Origin: a virus
Strand: one strand, 5' to 3'
IMG/VR virus record: IMGVR_UViG_3300028597_000007
Length of the DNA stretch: 64,000 bases
The notes beneath the pieces were generated by a model. The model was not told where the DNA came from. It worked only from the letters and a program-made list of their open reading frames with translations, and searched no databases. Both the position numbers and the translations under genes were made by a program. Below, in pieces: positions 1 through 10,063 of the stretch. How positions within the stretch are numbered: position 1 is the stretch's first letter; each line of letters starts with the position of its first letter.

Positions 1-1
1 G

Positions 2-229
2 GTCATCACCGCCCTGGGCATCCTGGCTTCCGAAGTCGATGCCAGCGACTACGCTGCCCCGACCGACGACACCACCCCAGGTATGATCACCCTGACTCCG
101 AAGGCCAGCTCCGTGCTGTACGTCGGTGATGAAGTGGTCATCGAGCTGACCCTGCCGGCTGAAGCAGAGCCTACCCTGGCTGAAACCTTCACCGTGACCG
201 ACCTGAACGGCTTCGATGCTGCTCAGTAA
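2..229 (+). CDS. 3' end of virion structural paralog-family protein (partial)
   Basis: Own translation from nt 2 ends ...TLAETFTVTDLNGFDAAQ*, the same terminal motif as 277-1014; followed by a hairpin. Confidence 0.7.
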   Translation, partial: VITALGILASEVDASDYAAPTDDTTPGMITLTPKASSVLYVGDEVVIELTLPAEAEPTLAETFTVTDLNGFDAAQ

Positions 230-235
230 GTGACA

Positions 236-276
236 ACATAAGCCCCCGGCCTCCACGTAGGGCCGGGGGCTTATGC
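236..276. terminator. GCATA/TATGC-family hairpin between convergent genes
   Basis: cataagcccccggcc-tccacgtag-ggccgggggcttatg inverted repeat. Confidence 0.8.
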
Positions 277-1014
277 TCATGCAGGGGTAAACCCATTGAG
301 GTCAGTGTTGGTAAACGCCTCTGCCAAAGACAGAAGTGGCACCGCCTCGAAGCCATTGAGGTCAGTATTAGTGAACTCGCTGGCCAGAGTTGGCATGGAT
401 CCGAAGGTTACCGTGCCTGGGTAGAACAGGTAGCTATCTGGATTAGATACCAGCATCAGTGTGGTTGCAGTCAACTTCGATTTGGTCATGTCGAAATCAG
501 ATGCGTCCACCAGCAGACTACGGCTACGCAGGTCAGCAATTACATCTGCCAGACTGGAGTAGTTTGCAGCATTGAGCTTAAGCGTTGCCAGCGCGCCGAT
601 GGAACGACGCCCGTAGGTCAGTGTGTGGCTAACTCTGGTTGGTGCATCGAAGCCTGGGGTCAGGTCCAACTGAGTCTTACCTGTCTCGTTGACCTTGCGG
701 GGCTTGGACAACGAGTACAGCTGCCACGGGATGGTGGCGCTGGCTTTCGACTGAATCAATTTCTTGACGCCGTCGATTGGAGTAATATCCAACGGTAGGG
801 TGATCGACCCATCGGACATCTGGATGACCATCATGCGCAGGCCAGCCAACTCTACCTGTGCAGGTGTCTTTTGGATGACCGATGCACTGAGGCGACTGAC
901 CTCGGTGGAACCAGGCGCCTTTTCAATCACGATACCTTGCAGCGAGAACAGGTCAACCGCTGGGAGTTCCTTCTCCACAACGACGCCCTGAAGGCTAAAG
1001 AGATCAGTTTCCAT
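277..1014 (-). CDS. virion structural / tail-associated protein with N- and C-terminal short repeats
   Basis: DLFSLQGxVxEK x2, LAxxFTNTDLNGF x2, central family motif LTYGRRSI. Confidence 0.65.
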   Translation of the reverse strand: METDLFSLQGVVVEKELPAVDLFSLQGIVIEKAPGSTEVSRLSASVIQKTPAQVELAGLRMMVIQMSDGSITLPLDITPIDGVKKLIQSKASATIPWQLYSLSKPRKVNETGKTQLDLTPGFDAPTRVSHTLTYGRRSIGALATLKLNAANYSSLADVIADLRSRSLLVDASDFDMTKSKLTATTLMLVSNPDSYLFYPGTVTFGSMPTLASEFTNTDLNGFEAVPLLSLAEAFTNTDLNGFTPA

Positions 1015-1037
1015 GTTGTGTAACCTCGTCTAGAAAC

Positions 1038-2075
1038 TTAGCGATCCGCGACCTTCAGGGAGATCTCCAGACCATCCATTGCAGTGGCTGCAGTCTGCTC
1101 AGCTGCCGAACGCGAACTGACCCCCATGAGAAGGTTTGGCAGCACTGGCAGCACCGGTGGCTGGATGGCCGTCACTTCCTTGGTGCTAGGACCACGCTTA
1201 TGTGTAACCTTGAGGTCGCCTGGCTGACCGACGGTATAGTTGGACTTGGCCACTACAAAAGTGCCGAGCACTGGAGTGTCGTTGGGGAGGACGTAGCCAT
1301 CAGCCTTGGTCATCTTAAGTTCGGGGGGCACCGAACCAGCAGCGCCCTTGACGCGAGTGCCGGAGTCAGTGGCGTAGTCCTTGCGGGTCAGTACGTCAGT
1401 AAGGGCATCCACATTGAAGCCTTGACTGGACACCATCTTCAGCGGAACACTGGAGATATCCACGGGACCCGTGCGGGTATTAATCCCGTCATCACCGGCA
1501 TCGTAGATGATCAGCACGTCGGTATGCATGAAGTATGCCACGCTACCCAGGCCGAAGTAGAAATCAGCACCATTGTTCCGCAGGGTGGTCAGGTTGGTAC
1601 CTTGGTAGAGGTTAGGCCAGGTGGCGTTCAGCTTGTTGTCGATCCACAGCTCGACCGTACCGGTCTCGCGATTAATCACAAGCTCTGCGTAGAACTCAGC
1701 CACGCCTGCTGGAACGTTGTAGATGAAGTTGGTGCCAATCAATCGGAACACCGGGAAGGCACTGACGATGCCGGCTTGCGGGACCTGAGCACGGAAACGC
1801 GCGCCGATGACAATGGTCGAATTACCGACCGCAATACCCAAACTACTGGTGAGAGGACCAACCACTCGGTGACCGGCGTTGTAGGGTGCCAACCAGGATT
1901 TGCCGTTGGCCACTTCCACGTTGATGATGTCGGTTTTACCAACCATGGTTGCGCCAGTGGTGATCAACGCGTAGACACCTGGGCAGGCCCCGTATGGTTT
2001 CGGGTCTTGGGTGTTGTAGTTCACCCCCGCGGCAAGGCCCAGGCCCTTGAAGTTTTCAGCTAGAACGATGGCCAT
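1038..2075 (-). CDS. virion protein, lectin/ConA-like beta-sandwich paralog
   Basis: YAELVINRETGTVELWIDN, paralogous to 2076-3104 and 4556-5677. Confidence 0.6.
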   Translation of the reverse strand: MAIVLAENFKGLGLAAGVNYNTQDPKPYGACPGVYALITTGATMVGKTDIINVEVANGKSWLAPYNAGHRVVGPLTSSLGIAVGNSTIVIGARFRAQVPQAGIVSAFPVFRLIGTNFIYNVPAGVAEFYAELVINRETGTVELWIDNKLNATWPNLYQGTNLTTLRNNGADFYFGLGSVAYFMHTDVLIIYDAGDDGINTRTGPVDISSVPLKMVSSQGFNVDALTDVLTRKDYATDSGTRVKGAAGSVPPELKMTKADGYVLPNDTPVLGTFVVAKSNYTVGQPGDLKVTHKRGPSTKEVTAIQPPVLPVLPNLLMGVSSRSAAEQTAATAMDGLEISLKVADR

Positions 2076-3104
2076 TTACGCCTCCACGAACTTGAGCTTG
2101 TGAGTGATGTCGTTCAGCGACCGAGTAGTCGAAGCCGTACGAGCAGCCAGCGGGGCGATGAAGTTCAATCGATCCGCGCTGCGCGTGGTCAGGTCTACTG
2201 CCTGATCGGTGGTGGTTACCGCATCGAGCTTGCGCTCAAGGGTTGCCGTCACAGTCTGACTGCCGGTACGCTGAGCACCTACAAAAATACCGGCTGCCAG
2301 TTGGCGACTAACATCGATGCCGGTCAGGTCGAGGCTGAAGTTGACCTCTGCCGCTGCTGCGTTGGCCTTGGCGACGGTACCTTTGGTCAGAGGCTGGCCT
2401 TGGGTATTGACGATGCGGGTATTGACAATTGTTTCCAGTTCTGCCGCTGTCTTGTCGAAGCCGCTGACAGACGATACCTTGACCGGTACGGAGCTGATTT
2501 TGACCGGACCCAGTCGTGCGCTTGGGTAAACACCGTCGTTCCAAGCGATGTAAGCGTCGCTCGTAAACAGTGCGCGGGCATCGTTGTAGTTGCGGGCAGC
2601 TATGCCCAATGTGAAGCCAGCAGTGGTAAGGTTGGCACTGGTGCCACCACTGATGTTGGCGATGACCCCAACCGATACGCCGTCAATGTATCCAGTGACG
2701 GTACCCTGATCGCGATCGATCTCCACCTCAAGGTAGCAGTCGGTCGGCGGAACCTGTGCCGAGTTGGCGACCGACTGGAACAGGTAAAGCTTACCGCCAC
2801 CGATGTTCAGATAAAGTGGGGCAGTGTTGACGTCTCCCAGGTGCTTAACCAACCCAGTGAAGCGGCAACCGAAGTAGATCTTCTTCACCGCAGTTGGGAC
2901 GATGAAGTTTGGCAGCATGGTCCAACCATGTTGGCCCGAGGTGCCCCGGTTCAGGGAGGCCATCTTACCCTTTTGGGTGACGGTTTCTGGTGGGGCACTG
3001 CCAAAGGCGGTGTCGAACGCACCGAACTTGTTGAGACCCAGTGCAGGGAACTCCAGGCCGCTAACCCCCATGTGGTGAACGGCCATCGCAAATTGAAGAC
3101 TCAT
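2076..3104 (-). CDS. virion protein, lectin/ConA-like beta-sandwich paralog
   Basis: YLEVEIDRDQGTVTGYIDG; start moved to MSLQF behind an aaggag RBS. Confidence 0.6.
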   Translation of the reverse strand: MSLQFAMAVHHMGVSGLEFPALGLNKFGAFDTAFGSAPPETVTQKGKMASLNRGTSGQHGWTMLPNFIVPTAVKKIYFGCRFTGLVKHLGDVNTAPLYLNIGGGKLYLFQSVANSAQVPPTDCYLEVEIDRDQGTVTGYIDGVSVGVIANISGGTSANLTTAGFTLGIAARNYNDARALFTSDAYIAWNDGVYPSARLGPVKISSVPVKVSSVSGFDKTAAELETIVNTRIVNTQGQPLTKGTVAKANAAAAEVNFSLDLTGIDVSRQLAAGIFVGAQRTGSQTVTATLERKLDAVTTTDQAVDLTTRSADRLNFIAPLAARTASTTRSLNDITHKLKFVEA

Positions 3105-3114
3105 GGCTATCTCC

Positions 3115-3609
3115 TTAGATGTAACCAATGTCGGAGTTGGTAAACAGAGTGGACGTCAGTGGTTTGCGCCCAACTGTCAACGTACACGAGCCCTTGTAGA
3201 ACGGGGAGCCGGACTTGGCACGCAAGGTAATTGTGAAGTTGGCCAACGAACCCTGGGCCACCACTGGATCATCTTCCAGATCGAAGGTGGTGAACAGGAT
3301 ACCTGTGTGTCGCTCCAGTTGCTTGAGCACCTTGTGGACCGTGGTGTCCTCTGGGAAGAGGGTACCCTTGTTCAACAGGAGGGTCTCAAGGTCCTTGAGT
3401 TGTCGGCGGTTGTAGTAAAAGGTTTTGGTCAACGTGCCAGTGCCAGCAGCATCCGGGTAGGTGACCACCATCTGGACTTCGCGCTTGGTACCGAAGCCGG
3501 TGGAAGGAACAACCTGATCCTGCAAGGTAACCTTGGTAGGGTCAAGCGTTCTTCCAACCAGATTCGAAATCAAAGTCACGAAGCCTGCCTTGGAGAAGGG
3601 GGCAAGCAT
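3115..3609 (-). CDS. virion structural paralog (N-domain only)
   Basis: family motif TKTFYYNRRQL; gaggtga RBS. Confidence 0.65.
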   Translation of the reverse strand: MLAPFSKAGFVTLISNLVGRTLDPTKVTLQDQVVPSTGFGTKREVQMVVTYPDAAGTGTLTKTFYYNRRQLKDLETLLLNKGTLFPEDTTVHKVLKQLERHTGILFTTFDLEDDPVVAQGSLANFTITLRAKSGSPFYKGSCTLTVGRKPLTSTLFTNSDIGYI

Positions 3610-3617
3610 GCGTCACC

Positions 3618-4544
3618 TCAGCGGTTGTACTGGAAAATGAAAGGTTCAGTGAACCACGGGCTGGCAACCGAGGTGGTCACCACAAGTGCCCTGTCGAAGC
3701 GCCCAGTCTGATCACATTGGGGGTAAGCGGCATTGGGCAGGTCGATCAACTTGCCACGGGTGGAGCGAAGGCCGCCTTTGACCGTCGCCGCCTGACCTGG
3801 AACAAACCCACTGTGGCCACCCAGCGCGTTGGCAGTGTTGGCCAAAACGTCTGCGAAGGCGGCCGAGATGTTTACGTCGGTCGCCGAGAACGTGTTCAGA
3901 TCAGTGCGCAGAGATGTGAAGTCCAAGCCCTGGGTGAGGAGAGGATACAGCTGGGTCTCTGTTGGCCAGTCAAGACCAACCAATTCCCAGTCACGCGCCG
4001 AAGGTACAATGACACCCATGTTGACCTGAGACCCAGGCTCGAAGAACACCGAGCTGGCAGACGCCTTGAAGTAGGTATCGCCAGACTGATTCAGTGCCTC
4101 ATCCACGATCTCCGAGCGAGCAACCTTGGTACCAAACTTGGCGTTGAATGCGTCGAGCATGTCGCCTGTGGTAAGTGCCCCTGGAACAAACTTGAATGTA
4201 TCCAGGTTCCGACCATAGGCGAGATCATCGATGGGGTAGCGTGTATACGCCAGGTTCACCGAACCGCGGAATCCAGAGGACGGCTTCACACTGAGCTGGA
4301 TCTCGGCATTGAAGCGACCAGCTACCTTGGTGATCGGAGTTCCCAGGTCAAAGTCCGACAAGGCCAAGGTGACGTTGTGGTTCGCCTTGATCGAGTTGGC
4401 AATGTGCTGTTTGTAGTCGAGGGTGAAGCCGGCCGCTGACCGCGCAGAGACCAAGGCGTACGCCGACACAGAGTCGACAGAGATCACCTTGTTCTGCGTA
4501 GTCAGCGCGTAGGCAGACACCTGGTCAACCTTGATCGTTCCCAT
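3618..4544 (-). CDS. virion structural paralog with N-terminal VDxVSAYAL repeats
   Basis: FRGSVNLAYTRYPI motif, C-terminal FIFQYN. Confidence 0.65.
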   Translation of the reverse strand: MGTIKVDQVSAYALTTQNKVISVDSVSAYALVSARSAAGFTLDYKQHIANSIKANHNVTLALSDFDLGTPITKVAGRFNAEIQLSVKPSSGFRGSVNLAYTRYPIDDLAYGRNLDTFKFVPGALTTGDMLDAFNAKFGTKVARSEIVDEALNQSGDTYFKASASSVFFEPGSQVNMGVIVPSARDWELVGLDWPTETQLYPLLTQGLDFTSLRTDLNTFSATDVNISAAFADVLANTANALGGHSGFVPGQAATVKGGLRSTRGKLIDLPNAAYPQCDQTGRFDRALVVTTSVASPWFTEPFIFQYNR

Positions 4545-4555
4545 GTGTAACTCCT

Positions 4556-5677
4556 TTAGCTACTCGCTTTGAGGCGGAGCTTGTAGCTATCGACGTCAGC
4601 CTTGGTCCCCGGAGTACCAGTCCACTGACGCAAGAACGCCGCTTTGGCGAAGTTGCTCAGCAAAGGGGTCTTAGTGTAGTCGAAGGTTTGGGTGAAGGTG
4701 AATTGCTTGGTCGACTCCACGGTTGCCCCACGCATTGCGATGGCATCCAGGGAACTGGCACCTGCGGTGCCAATGGCGTCCAACTGCATGTTGATCGCAT
4801 TTACGCGGTCGTTCGCTGCGAGGCCTGCGGTGGAGAAACTGATCAGACCCTTGGGGTCGGCCTCATCCACGTTCACAAACGTCATAGCGGCTGCCGCAGG
4901 TACCGAGATGGGGCTTGTCTGGGTATCGTTGAGGGAATCCACCAGAGTAGAACCAGCCACGTTAACAGACCAACCGGCATCAACGCTGGCCACAGGCAGA
5001 CGTTTGACGATCTGTGAACCCAAGCGATCAGTGGGATCACCGTCTTCGATCAGGGCCAGGTAGACATCGCGGTGGTCAACTGCACAGCTGCCGTTACCGT
5101 AGTCGGAGGATTGACCAGAGTGTCCGAAGGTGAAGGCCTTGACCTTGCCGTAGGCGGTGATCGCTGCGGCGACATCCACTGTTCTGACAACCAAACCATC
5201 ACGAACGAGTTTGACCTTGCCGTTGACGCGGTCAAACACCGCTTCCCAATAGTGCATCAAGCCGAGGGTGATCGAGTTCCAGTCGGTGAACTGACAAACG
5301 CGGGTAACCGTGTCGTTCTCATGCAAGACGCCGATAGTCATGTTCGAGGACAGCATGTTGCTGTAGGCGCGCAAGACTTGGCGAACGCCCATGGTCAGCT
5401 TGGAAGTGGCGTCCTTGAGCCCTGGCTGGATATCATCAAACGGAATAGCCAGCATACCGTTGAACGGGTTAGGGTACGTGGCAGTGCCGCAGTTCGTTCT
5501 GATCCAGGCGCCCTCATCAGGATTGGGTACCTGCTTGGAGTAGGCGCAACTCGCATAGCTACCGATAGCGTTCTGGCGGAATTGTAGACGGGTACTGGCC
5601 AGGGTGGCGCCGTTGGCTGGAGCAGCAATGTTGCCAGGCGGCACGTTATCGAACCCGAAGAAATCGAGAATCTTCAT
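4556..5677 (-). CDS. virion protein, lectin/ConA-like beta-sandwich paralog
   Basis: YWEAVFDRVNGKVKLVRDG. Confidence 0.6.
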   Translation of the reverse strand: MKILDFFGFDNVPPGNIAAPANGATLASTRLQFRQNAIGSYASCAYSKQVPNPDEGAWIRTNCGTATYPNPFNGMLAIPFDDIQPGLKDATSKLTMGVRQVLRAYSNMLSSNMTIGVLHENDTVTRVCQFTDWNSITLGLMHYWEAVFDRVNGKVKLVRDGLVVRTVDVAAAITAYGKVKAFTFGHSGQSSDYGNGSCAVDHRDVYLALIEDGDPTDRLGSQIVKRLPVASVDAGWSVNVAGSTLVDSLNDTQTSPISVPAAAAMTFVNVDEADPKGLISFSTAGLAANDRVNAINMQLDAIGTAGASSLDAIAMRGATVESTKQFTFTQTFDYTKTPLLSNFAKAAFLRQWTGTPGTKADVDSYKLRLKASS

Positions 5678-5686
5678 GTCGCCCCC

Positions 5687-6022
5687 TTATTCGGTAACTG
5701 GATCGTTAAACTGCAGATACAGACGACGAGCACCGTCGGCATTTGGACGCAGTCGTACACCCACGGCGTACTTAAAGCCTGGGTGAGTGGGGAGGTCTTC
5801 GTGGTTGTTGCCGACGTAAATAACCTCGGCCTCATCCAGCGTGTAGTTACCATCGCCAGTGGCCACCCAGTTACCCTTACCTTCTTCGGTAGGGTCCATC
5901 TCACCCAGCATGGCGGCAAAGGAAGTAGCGCAATCCTCGGACAACGGACCCAAGGAAACCGCCAGCAGGTATTCTGCAGACTGGGTGAAGTCTGCGCGGA
6001 AGAAGTTGTGCAGTGTGTTCAT
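5687..6022 (-). CDS. stand-alone C-terminal domain of virion paralog family
   Basis: MNTLHNF...YLQFNDP matches the C-half of 7463-8344; ATG lies 1 nt after the upstream stop. Confidence 0.6.
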   Translation of the reverse strand: MNTLHNFFRADFTQSAEYLLAVSLGPLSEDCATSFAAMLGEMDPTEEGKGNWVATGDGNYTLDEAEVIYVGNNHEDLPTHPGFKYAVGVRLRPNADGARRLYLQFNDPVTE

Positions 6023-6023
6023 A

Positions 6024-6521
6024 TCAGGCCCAATCGAAGTAGGGTTGAGTGATGGCCGTGTTGATGTGGGGCAAACGACCAGTCTTGTATTGCCAGCTAC
6101 CTTTCCAGAGGATGCAGGTAGACTTGGCCACGAGTGGGATGGTGTAGGTGCCATCACCATTGTCCACGACGTCCCCGTTTTCTAAGTCGTCCTGGTCGAA
6201 CAACACACCCAGCATTTTGAGCAAGTAGGGGAAACAGTCGTAGACCTTGGTGGCCGCGGACATGGTCACCGATGGGTTCGCCGGAGCATTGAGCTTGAGC
6301 GTCTCCAGACTGTTGCGGTTGTACCGGAAGGTGCGGTTACCCGTGTAGTTCACATTACCTGTGACCGCCGTCAACTTGATCTTGGTGTTGTAACCGTCTG
6401 GGTCGTTGGCCAATGCAACCGGGGGACTGAACAACCAGTCGGCCAGCGTGCCTGGGATCAGTGTGTGTGCCGCCTGCAGTTGAATGAGCAGGCTCATTTT
6501 GGAACCTTGTTTAAAGTCCAT
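6024..6521 (-). CDS. stand-alone N-terminal domain of virion paralog family
   Basis: NTKIKLTA...YTGNRTFRYNRNSL; aggtga RBS. Confidence 0.65.
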   Translation of the reverse strand: MDFKQGSKMSLLIQLQAAHTLIPGTLADWLFSPPVALANDPDGYNTKIKLTAVTGNVNYTGNRTFRYNRNSLETLKLNAPANPSVTMSAATKVYDCFPYLLKMLGVLFDQDDLENGDVVDNGDGTYTIPLVAKSTCILWKGSWQYKTGRLPHINTAITQPYFDWA

Positions 6522-6528
6522 AATTCAC

Positions 6529-7410
6529 CTAGCCCTTGTAATGCAGGAAGAAACGACCAGCGAACCAACCGCCGGCAACAGGAGGCGTAACCACGGCAAC
6601 GTGGGTGTAGTCCACCGAGTTAGCCTCTGGGACGTTAACGTTGGGCAGGGCGTAGCGAATGATCCTGCACCCCGCCATCCCGTTCTCAACGCTGGCAACA
6701 CCGTCAAAGTCTAGTGGTCGGCCAGACACGGCAGCCATGTAAGTTACCAGCTCGCGCAGCGCGGCGGTATTTGCCATGATGGTCAGTGCCGTGAAGGTGT
6801 TCAGCAAGTCCTTAAACTTGGTGAAGTCAGTCCCGTAGGTCATGAAGTCTGCCAAGTTGGTTTGACTACCGCCTGGTGCAGCACCAGACACCAGTGCAAC
6901 CACTGCCGGGGTAGCCTCGGGTACTTGTTCAGACACCGGCTTTTTGCTGGCCAGTCGGTTAACGTTGAGTTGCCCAATCCAGGCAGGGTTGTTACCCATT
7001 AGGACCAAGCCCCTCAGGGCCGGGGCCGCACCGATGACGGTTGTACTGAAGTCGGCTGGAACAAAGGCAGTGCCGTATTTCTGGTTCACCCAACGACAAA
7101 CAGCCTCAACCTTGATGTTGTTGCCAGACAGATCGGCTGGGTACGCATAGTCGTCAAGCTGTGGCACGCCCTGAGCGAACATGGTCAGCGGTGCAAGCCG
7201 GCGATACGTCAGAGTTGAGGCACCCATGTAGAAGCCGCCATCGACGGCCATCACGGGGATCTGGGTGTTACGGATACCCTGACCAGTAATCGCAACTGGA
7301 GTACCCAGCTTGCAGTTATCTGGAGAGACGGGCACCTTTAGGTCAGGGTTATCCCGGTTGATCAGGTCATAGACCAACTGGGAGGATTCTTTTCGATAGT
7401 CGATGTCCAT
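6529..7410 (-). CDS. virion structural paralog (phiKZ gp131-135-like family)
   Basis: LVYDLINRDN, YMGASTLTYRRL, C-terminal GRFFLHY. Confidence 0.7.
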   Translation of the reverse strand: MDIDYRKESSQLVYDLINRDNPDLKVPVSPDNCKLGTPVAITGQGIRNTQIPVMAVDGGFYMGASTLTYRRLAPLTMFAQGVPQLDDYAYPADLSGNNIKVEAVCRWVNQKYGTAFVPADFSTTVIGAAPALRGLVLMGNNPAWIGQLNVNRLASKKPVSEQVPEATPAVVALVSGAAPGGSQTNLADFMTYGTDFTKFKDLLNTFTALTIMANTAALRELVTYMAAVSGRPLDFDGVASVENGMAGCRIIRYALPNVNVPEANSVDYTHVAVVTPPVAGGWFAGRFFLHYKG

Positions 7411-7434
7411 CTTTTCATCCCAAGTTTGGAGAAG

Positions 7435-7461
7435 GGCCGGGGGCTACCCGGCCACTATGCC
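7435..7461. terminator. hairpin with TATGCC flank
   Basis: ggccggg-ggcta-cccggcc-actatgcc. Confidence 0.6.
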
Positions 7462-7462
7462 G

Positions 7463-8344
7463 TCAGTCAGCCGAGTTAGGGTTGTCAGGGTCGTTGAAGT
7501 GCAGGTAGAAGCGACCAGTAGGTACGGTCACGTCAGCACGCAGTTCCAAGCACATGACGTACTTGTACGACTGGTTGGTCGGGAAGACCATGGAGTTCAG
7601 ACCGCAGAAGATAACCTTGGCACCTGCCACCGACCACGACTTGCTGGAGCCGTCGGAGTTCCACAGCGTGGCACCTGGACCTTTGTCGAGAGCCTTGAGC
7701 ATCACTACCAGACGATCTGCCTGGGCCTGGGTCAGGGTGCCTTCCACCATGGCCAACAACTCGTCGCGATAAGCGGTGAGGTTGAGTGGGTAGGTGTACA
7801 GCAGTGCCGAGGTCTGGGTGGTCGGGTCAGTTACCGGGTAGTTCAGACCATTGAGCGCTTTGACAGTCAGCTGGTCGGCCAGGTTGGCGCCGCCTTCAAT
7901 AACGTCGAAGGTCAGTTGATCCAACCACAATGGCGAGGTCGCCTTGGCCTTGAGAGTAACTGTACCCACGCCATCTACCAGGGTGAGTGGCTCGTCGACG
8001 ATGTCCTGCTTGCCGATTACCAGACCGAAGTAGTACAGGATGTTCGGCAGCAGATCATGGGTGGTAACCGGCTTGTAGCACTTCAGGGTACGGGTCGGCT
8101 TGAAGGCAGCGAAGTCGCTCAGCTTCAAGCGGTCGTACTTGATGGTTGCCTTACCTTCGAATCCAGCGCCCGCAGCAGCGGTCACTTTCATGTAGGTGTT
8201 CTTGGTGGTAGTACCTTCCATCCAGGTACCTGCAATCGGCGCAGGGGACGACCACAGCAAGTTCGTCAACGTGAACATGGTGGTACTGTTCGCCGTGTTC
8301 AGGTAGTTGAGGAGGGCCTGATTGGAATCAATGAAAACAGACAT
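7463..8344 (-). CDS. virion structural paralog
   Basis: FEGKATIKYDRL, LNGLNYP, GRFYLHFND. Confidence 0.7.
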   Translation of the reverse strand: MSVFIDSNQALLNYLNTANSTTMFTLTNLLWSSPAPIAGTWMEGTTTKNTYMKVTAAAGAGFEGKATIKYDRLKLSDFAAFKPTRTLKCYKPVTTHDLLPNILYYFGLVIGKQDIVDEPLTLVDGVGTVTLKAKATSPLWLDQLTFDVIEGGANLADQLTVKALNGLNYPVTDPTTQTSALLYTYPLNLTAYRDELLAMVEGTLTQAQADRLVVMLKALDKGPGATLWNSDGSSKSWSVAGAKVIFCGLNSMVFPTNQSYKYVMCLELRADVTVPTGRFYLHFNDPDNPNSAD

Positions 8345-8356
8345 GACTGTCTCCTC

Positions 8357-9268
8357 TTAGATGTTGAAGTACAGTGGGACGAACGCTTTGATAAGCGGAT
8401 GCGTGCGCAGGTCCATCGGGATGGCGTACGCGAAGCCCGGCTTGACGAAGTGCGTGCGCAGTGCGTTGGTCGCACCGGCCGGCAGAGCGACCGGGACACC
8501 AAAGCTTGCGCTGGCGTTGCCCAGACCCATTGGGTTGGTGTCGACGTTGTACGGACTGAGGTTGAGGTTGAGACCCGTCTTGCCGTTGATCCAGTTCAGC
8601 AGCCCCTGGTTGCCCGTGGAGTTGATGACGCCCAGGTTCGTCGATGCCGTCCAAGCGTTGTTGAGCGCCCACTCGGTGCAATCCAGACCAGCCAGCAGGA
8701 AGCGACCGTCGTATTTGCGATCCGGGATGGCGATGAAGTCGTTGCCATCGGGCCACACGGCGCCTGCGAGTTCCTGCACGGTCAGGATGTCTAGGCCGAT
8801 CTGTTGCAGGCCACGGTTCCACTTGACAGAAACGCTGCCGGTGTAAGCATAGTTGTCTGCGTTTGCAGTCCAAGTGCGGACGATGCCATCCTGCACTGCA
8901 GCCCAGGCAGAACCAGTGATCTTGGCATCTTCAAGATTGATACCGTACATCTGGTTGATGATGTCGATGGCCGCAGCCTTGGTCATGGTGCCGCCATCAT
9001 TCACCCAACGGGTAAACTGCACGGTTTGGCCACGGAACAGGTCACCCAGCACCCGGCGATGGTACTGTACCTCGACCATGCCGCGGTACTTGGACGAGTC
9101 CTTGGCAGTGATCTTGATGGAAGTGTTCAGCTTGCCGACTGGAGTGGCCAGTGCGGTGGGCGGACCATAGAGGAAATTGTCCGCATCGATTGGCCAAGGC
9201 ATGTTCGGGTTATCGGCATTGATTTGCGCGATCACCTCGTTGAAGTTTGTACCTTTGAAAATTGGCAT
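8357..9268 (-). CDS. virion structural paralog
   Basis: YRGMVEVQYHRRVL, C-terminal PLYFN. Confidence 0.7.
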   Translation of the reverse strand: MPIFKGTNFNEVIAQINADNPNMPWPIDADNFLYGPPTALATPVGKLNTSIKITAKDSSKYRGMVEVQYHRRVLGDLFRGQTVQFTRWVNDGGTMTKAAAIDIINQMYGINLEDAKITGSAWAAVQDGIVRTWTANADNYAYTGSVSVKWNRGLQQIGLDILTVQELAGAVWPDGNDFIAIPDRKYDGRFLLAGLDCTEWALNNAWTASTNLGVINSTGNQGLLNWINGKTGLNLNLSPYNVDTNPMGLGNASASFGVPVALPAGATNALRTHFVKPGFAYAIPMDLRTHPLIKAFVPLYFNI

Positions 9269-9278
9269 GGGCGTTTAC

Positions 9279-10052
9279 CTAGGCTGGATTGTAGTGGAAG
9301 TACAGGGCGCCGGCGAGTTGGCCGCTCGTAACAGCTGTCTGGATAAAGACGCGCTGGAAGGCAGGGTTGGCATCCGGCACGTCAGCCGTTGCACGATCCA
9401 CGACCTTGCCCTTGAGGAAGTCAGGGATGCCCATTCGACGACAAACCGATTGAACCAGAGCCCAGTCAGTGTAGTCGCCTTTGGCATTGGGCTTGAGCGC
9501 GGCCTGGATACCCGAGAAGTCCGCGCCCCACGTCCACATACGGGCCGACTGCTTGTTGAGGACAGTGTTGGGGTGCTTGTAGATATCCAGATCAGCATTG
9601 CCAATCACCGAGTCCAGCCACGATGGGCCAAACGAAAGTGCGGCGGTGATACTACCGAACCATTGCAGGGAGTTCTCCTCGATGGCCATCGTCAGTTCAG
9701 TGGATTCGCCATCAGCCAGGACAGGTGGCTCGAAAGCTACAAAGTCTTCTGGGTTGATTTGAATCTTGAACAGGTTGATGAGGGCCTGAGTCAGCGCATC
9801 TCGGTTCAACTCGGTCAACGAGCGGAACGCAAAGTCAGGCGCATACTCTGCAATGTCCATGCGGTTGTAATACACATCGACTTCACCGTAGTAGCCGCGT
9901 CCAGGAATGCCGGAGATGGTCACCAAAGTGTTTCGATCGTTTTCCGTAGTCGGCTGGGGGACCGAGAACGCAAGGCGCTTATCCGTAAACTCCTTGGGTG
10001 GATTGAACATGTCGTTGAGGACAATGATCATCCGTTCACTGTTAGTGTTCAT
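9279..10052 (-). CDS. virion structural paralog
   Basis: YYGEVDVYYNRMDI, GALYFHYN. Confidence 0.7.
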   Translation of the reverse strand: MNTNSERMIIVLNDMFNPPKEFTDKRLAFSVPQPTTENDRNTLVTISGIPGRGYYGEVDVYYNRMDIAEYAPDFAFRSLTELNRDALTQALINLFKIQINPEDFVAFEPPVLADGESTELTMAIEENSLQWFGSITAALSFGPSWLDSVIGNADLDIYKHPNTVLNKQSARMWTWGADFSGIQAALKPNAKGDYTDWALVQSVCRRMGIPDFLKGKVVDRATADVPDANPAFQRVFIQTAVTSGQLAGALYFHYNPA

Positions 10053-10063
10053 GACACCCCTCC

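Noticed and set aside
7403-8794. Long antisense ORFs (also 2100-3143, 43509-45119, 50400-51512, 21618-22493 and others)
   Set aside because: They lie opposite genes with clear motifs and RBSs, and are the expected shadow of GC3-biased codon usage; no RBS or family motifs.
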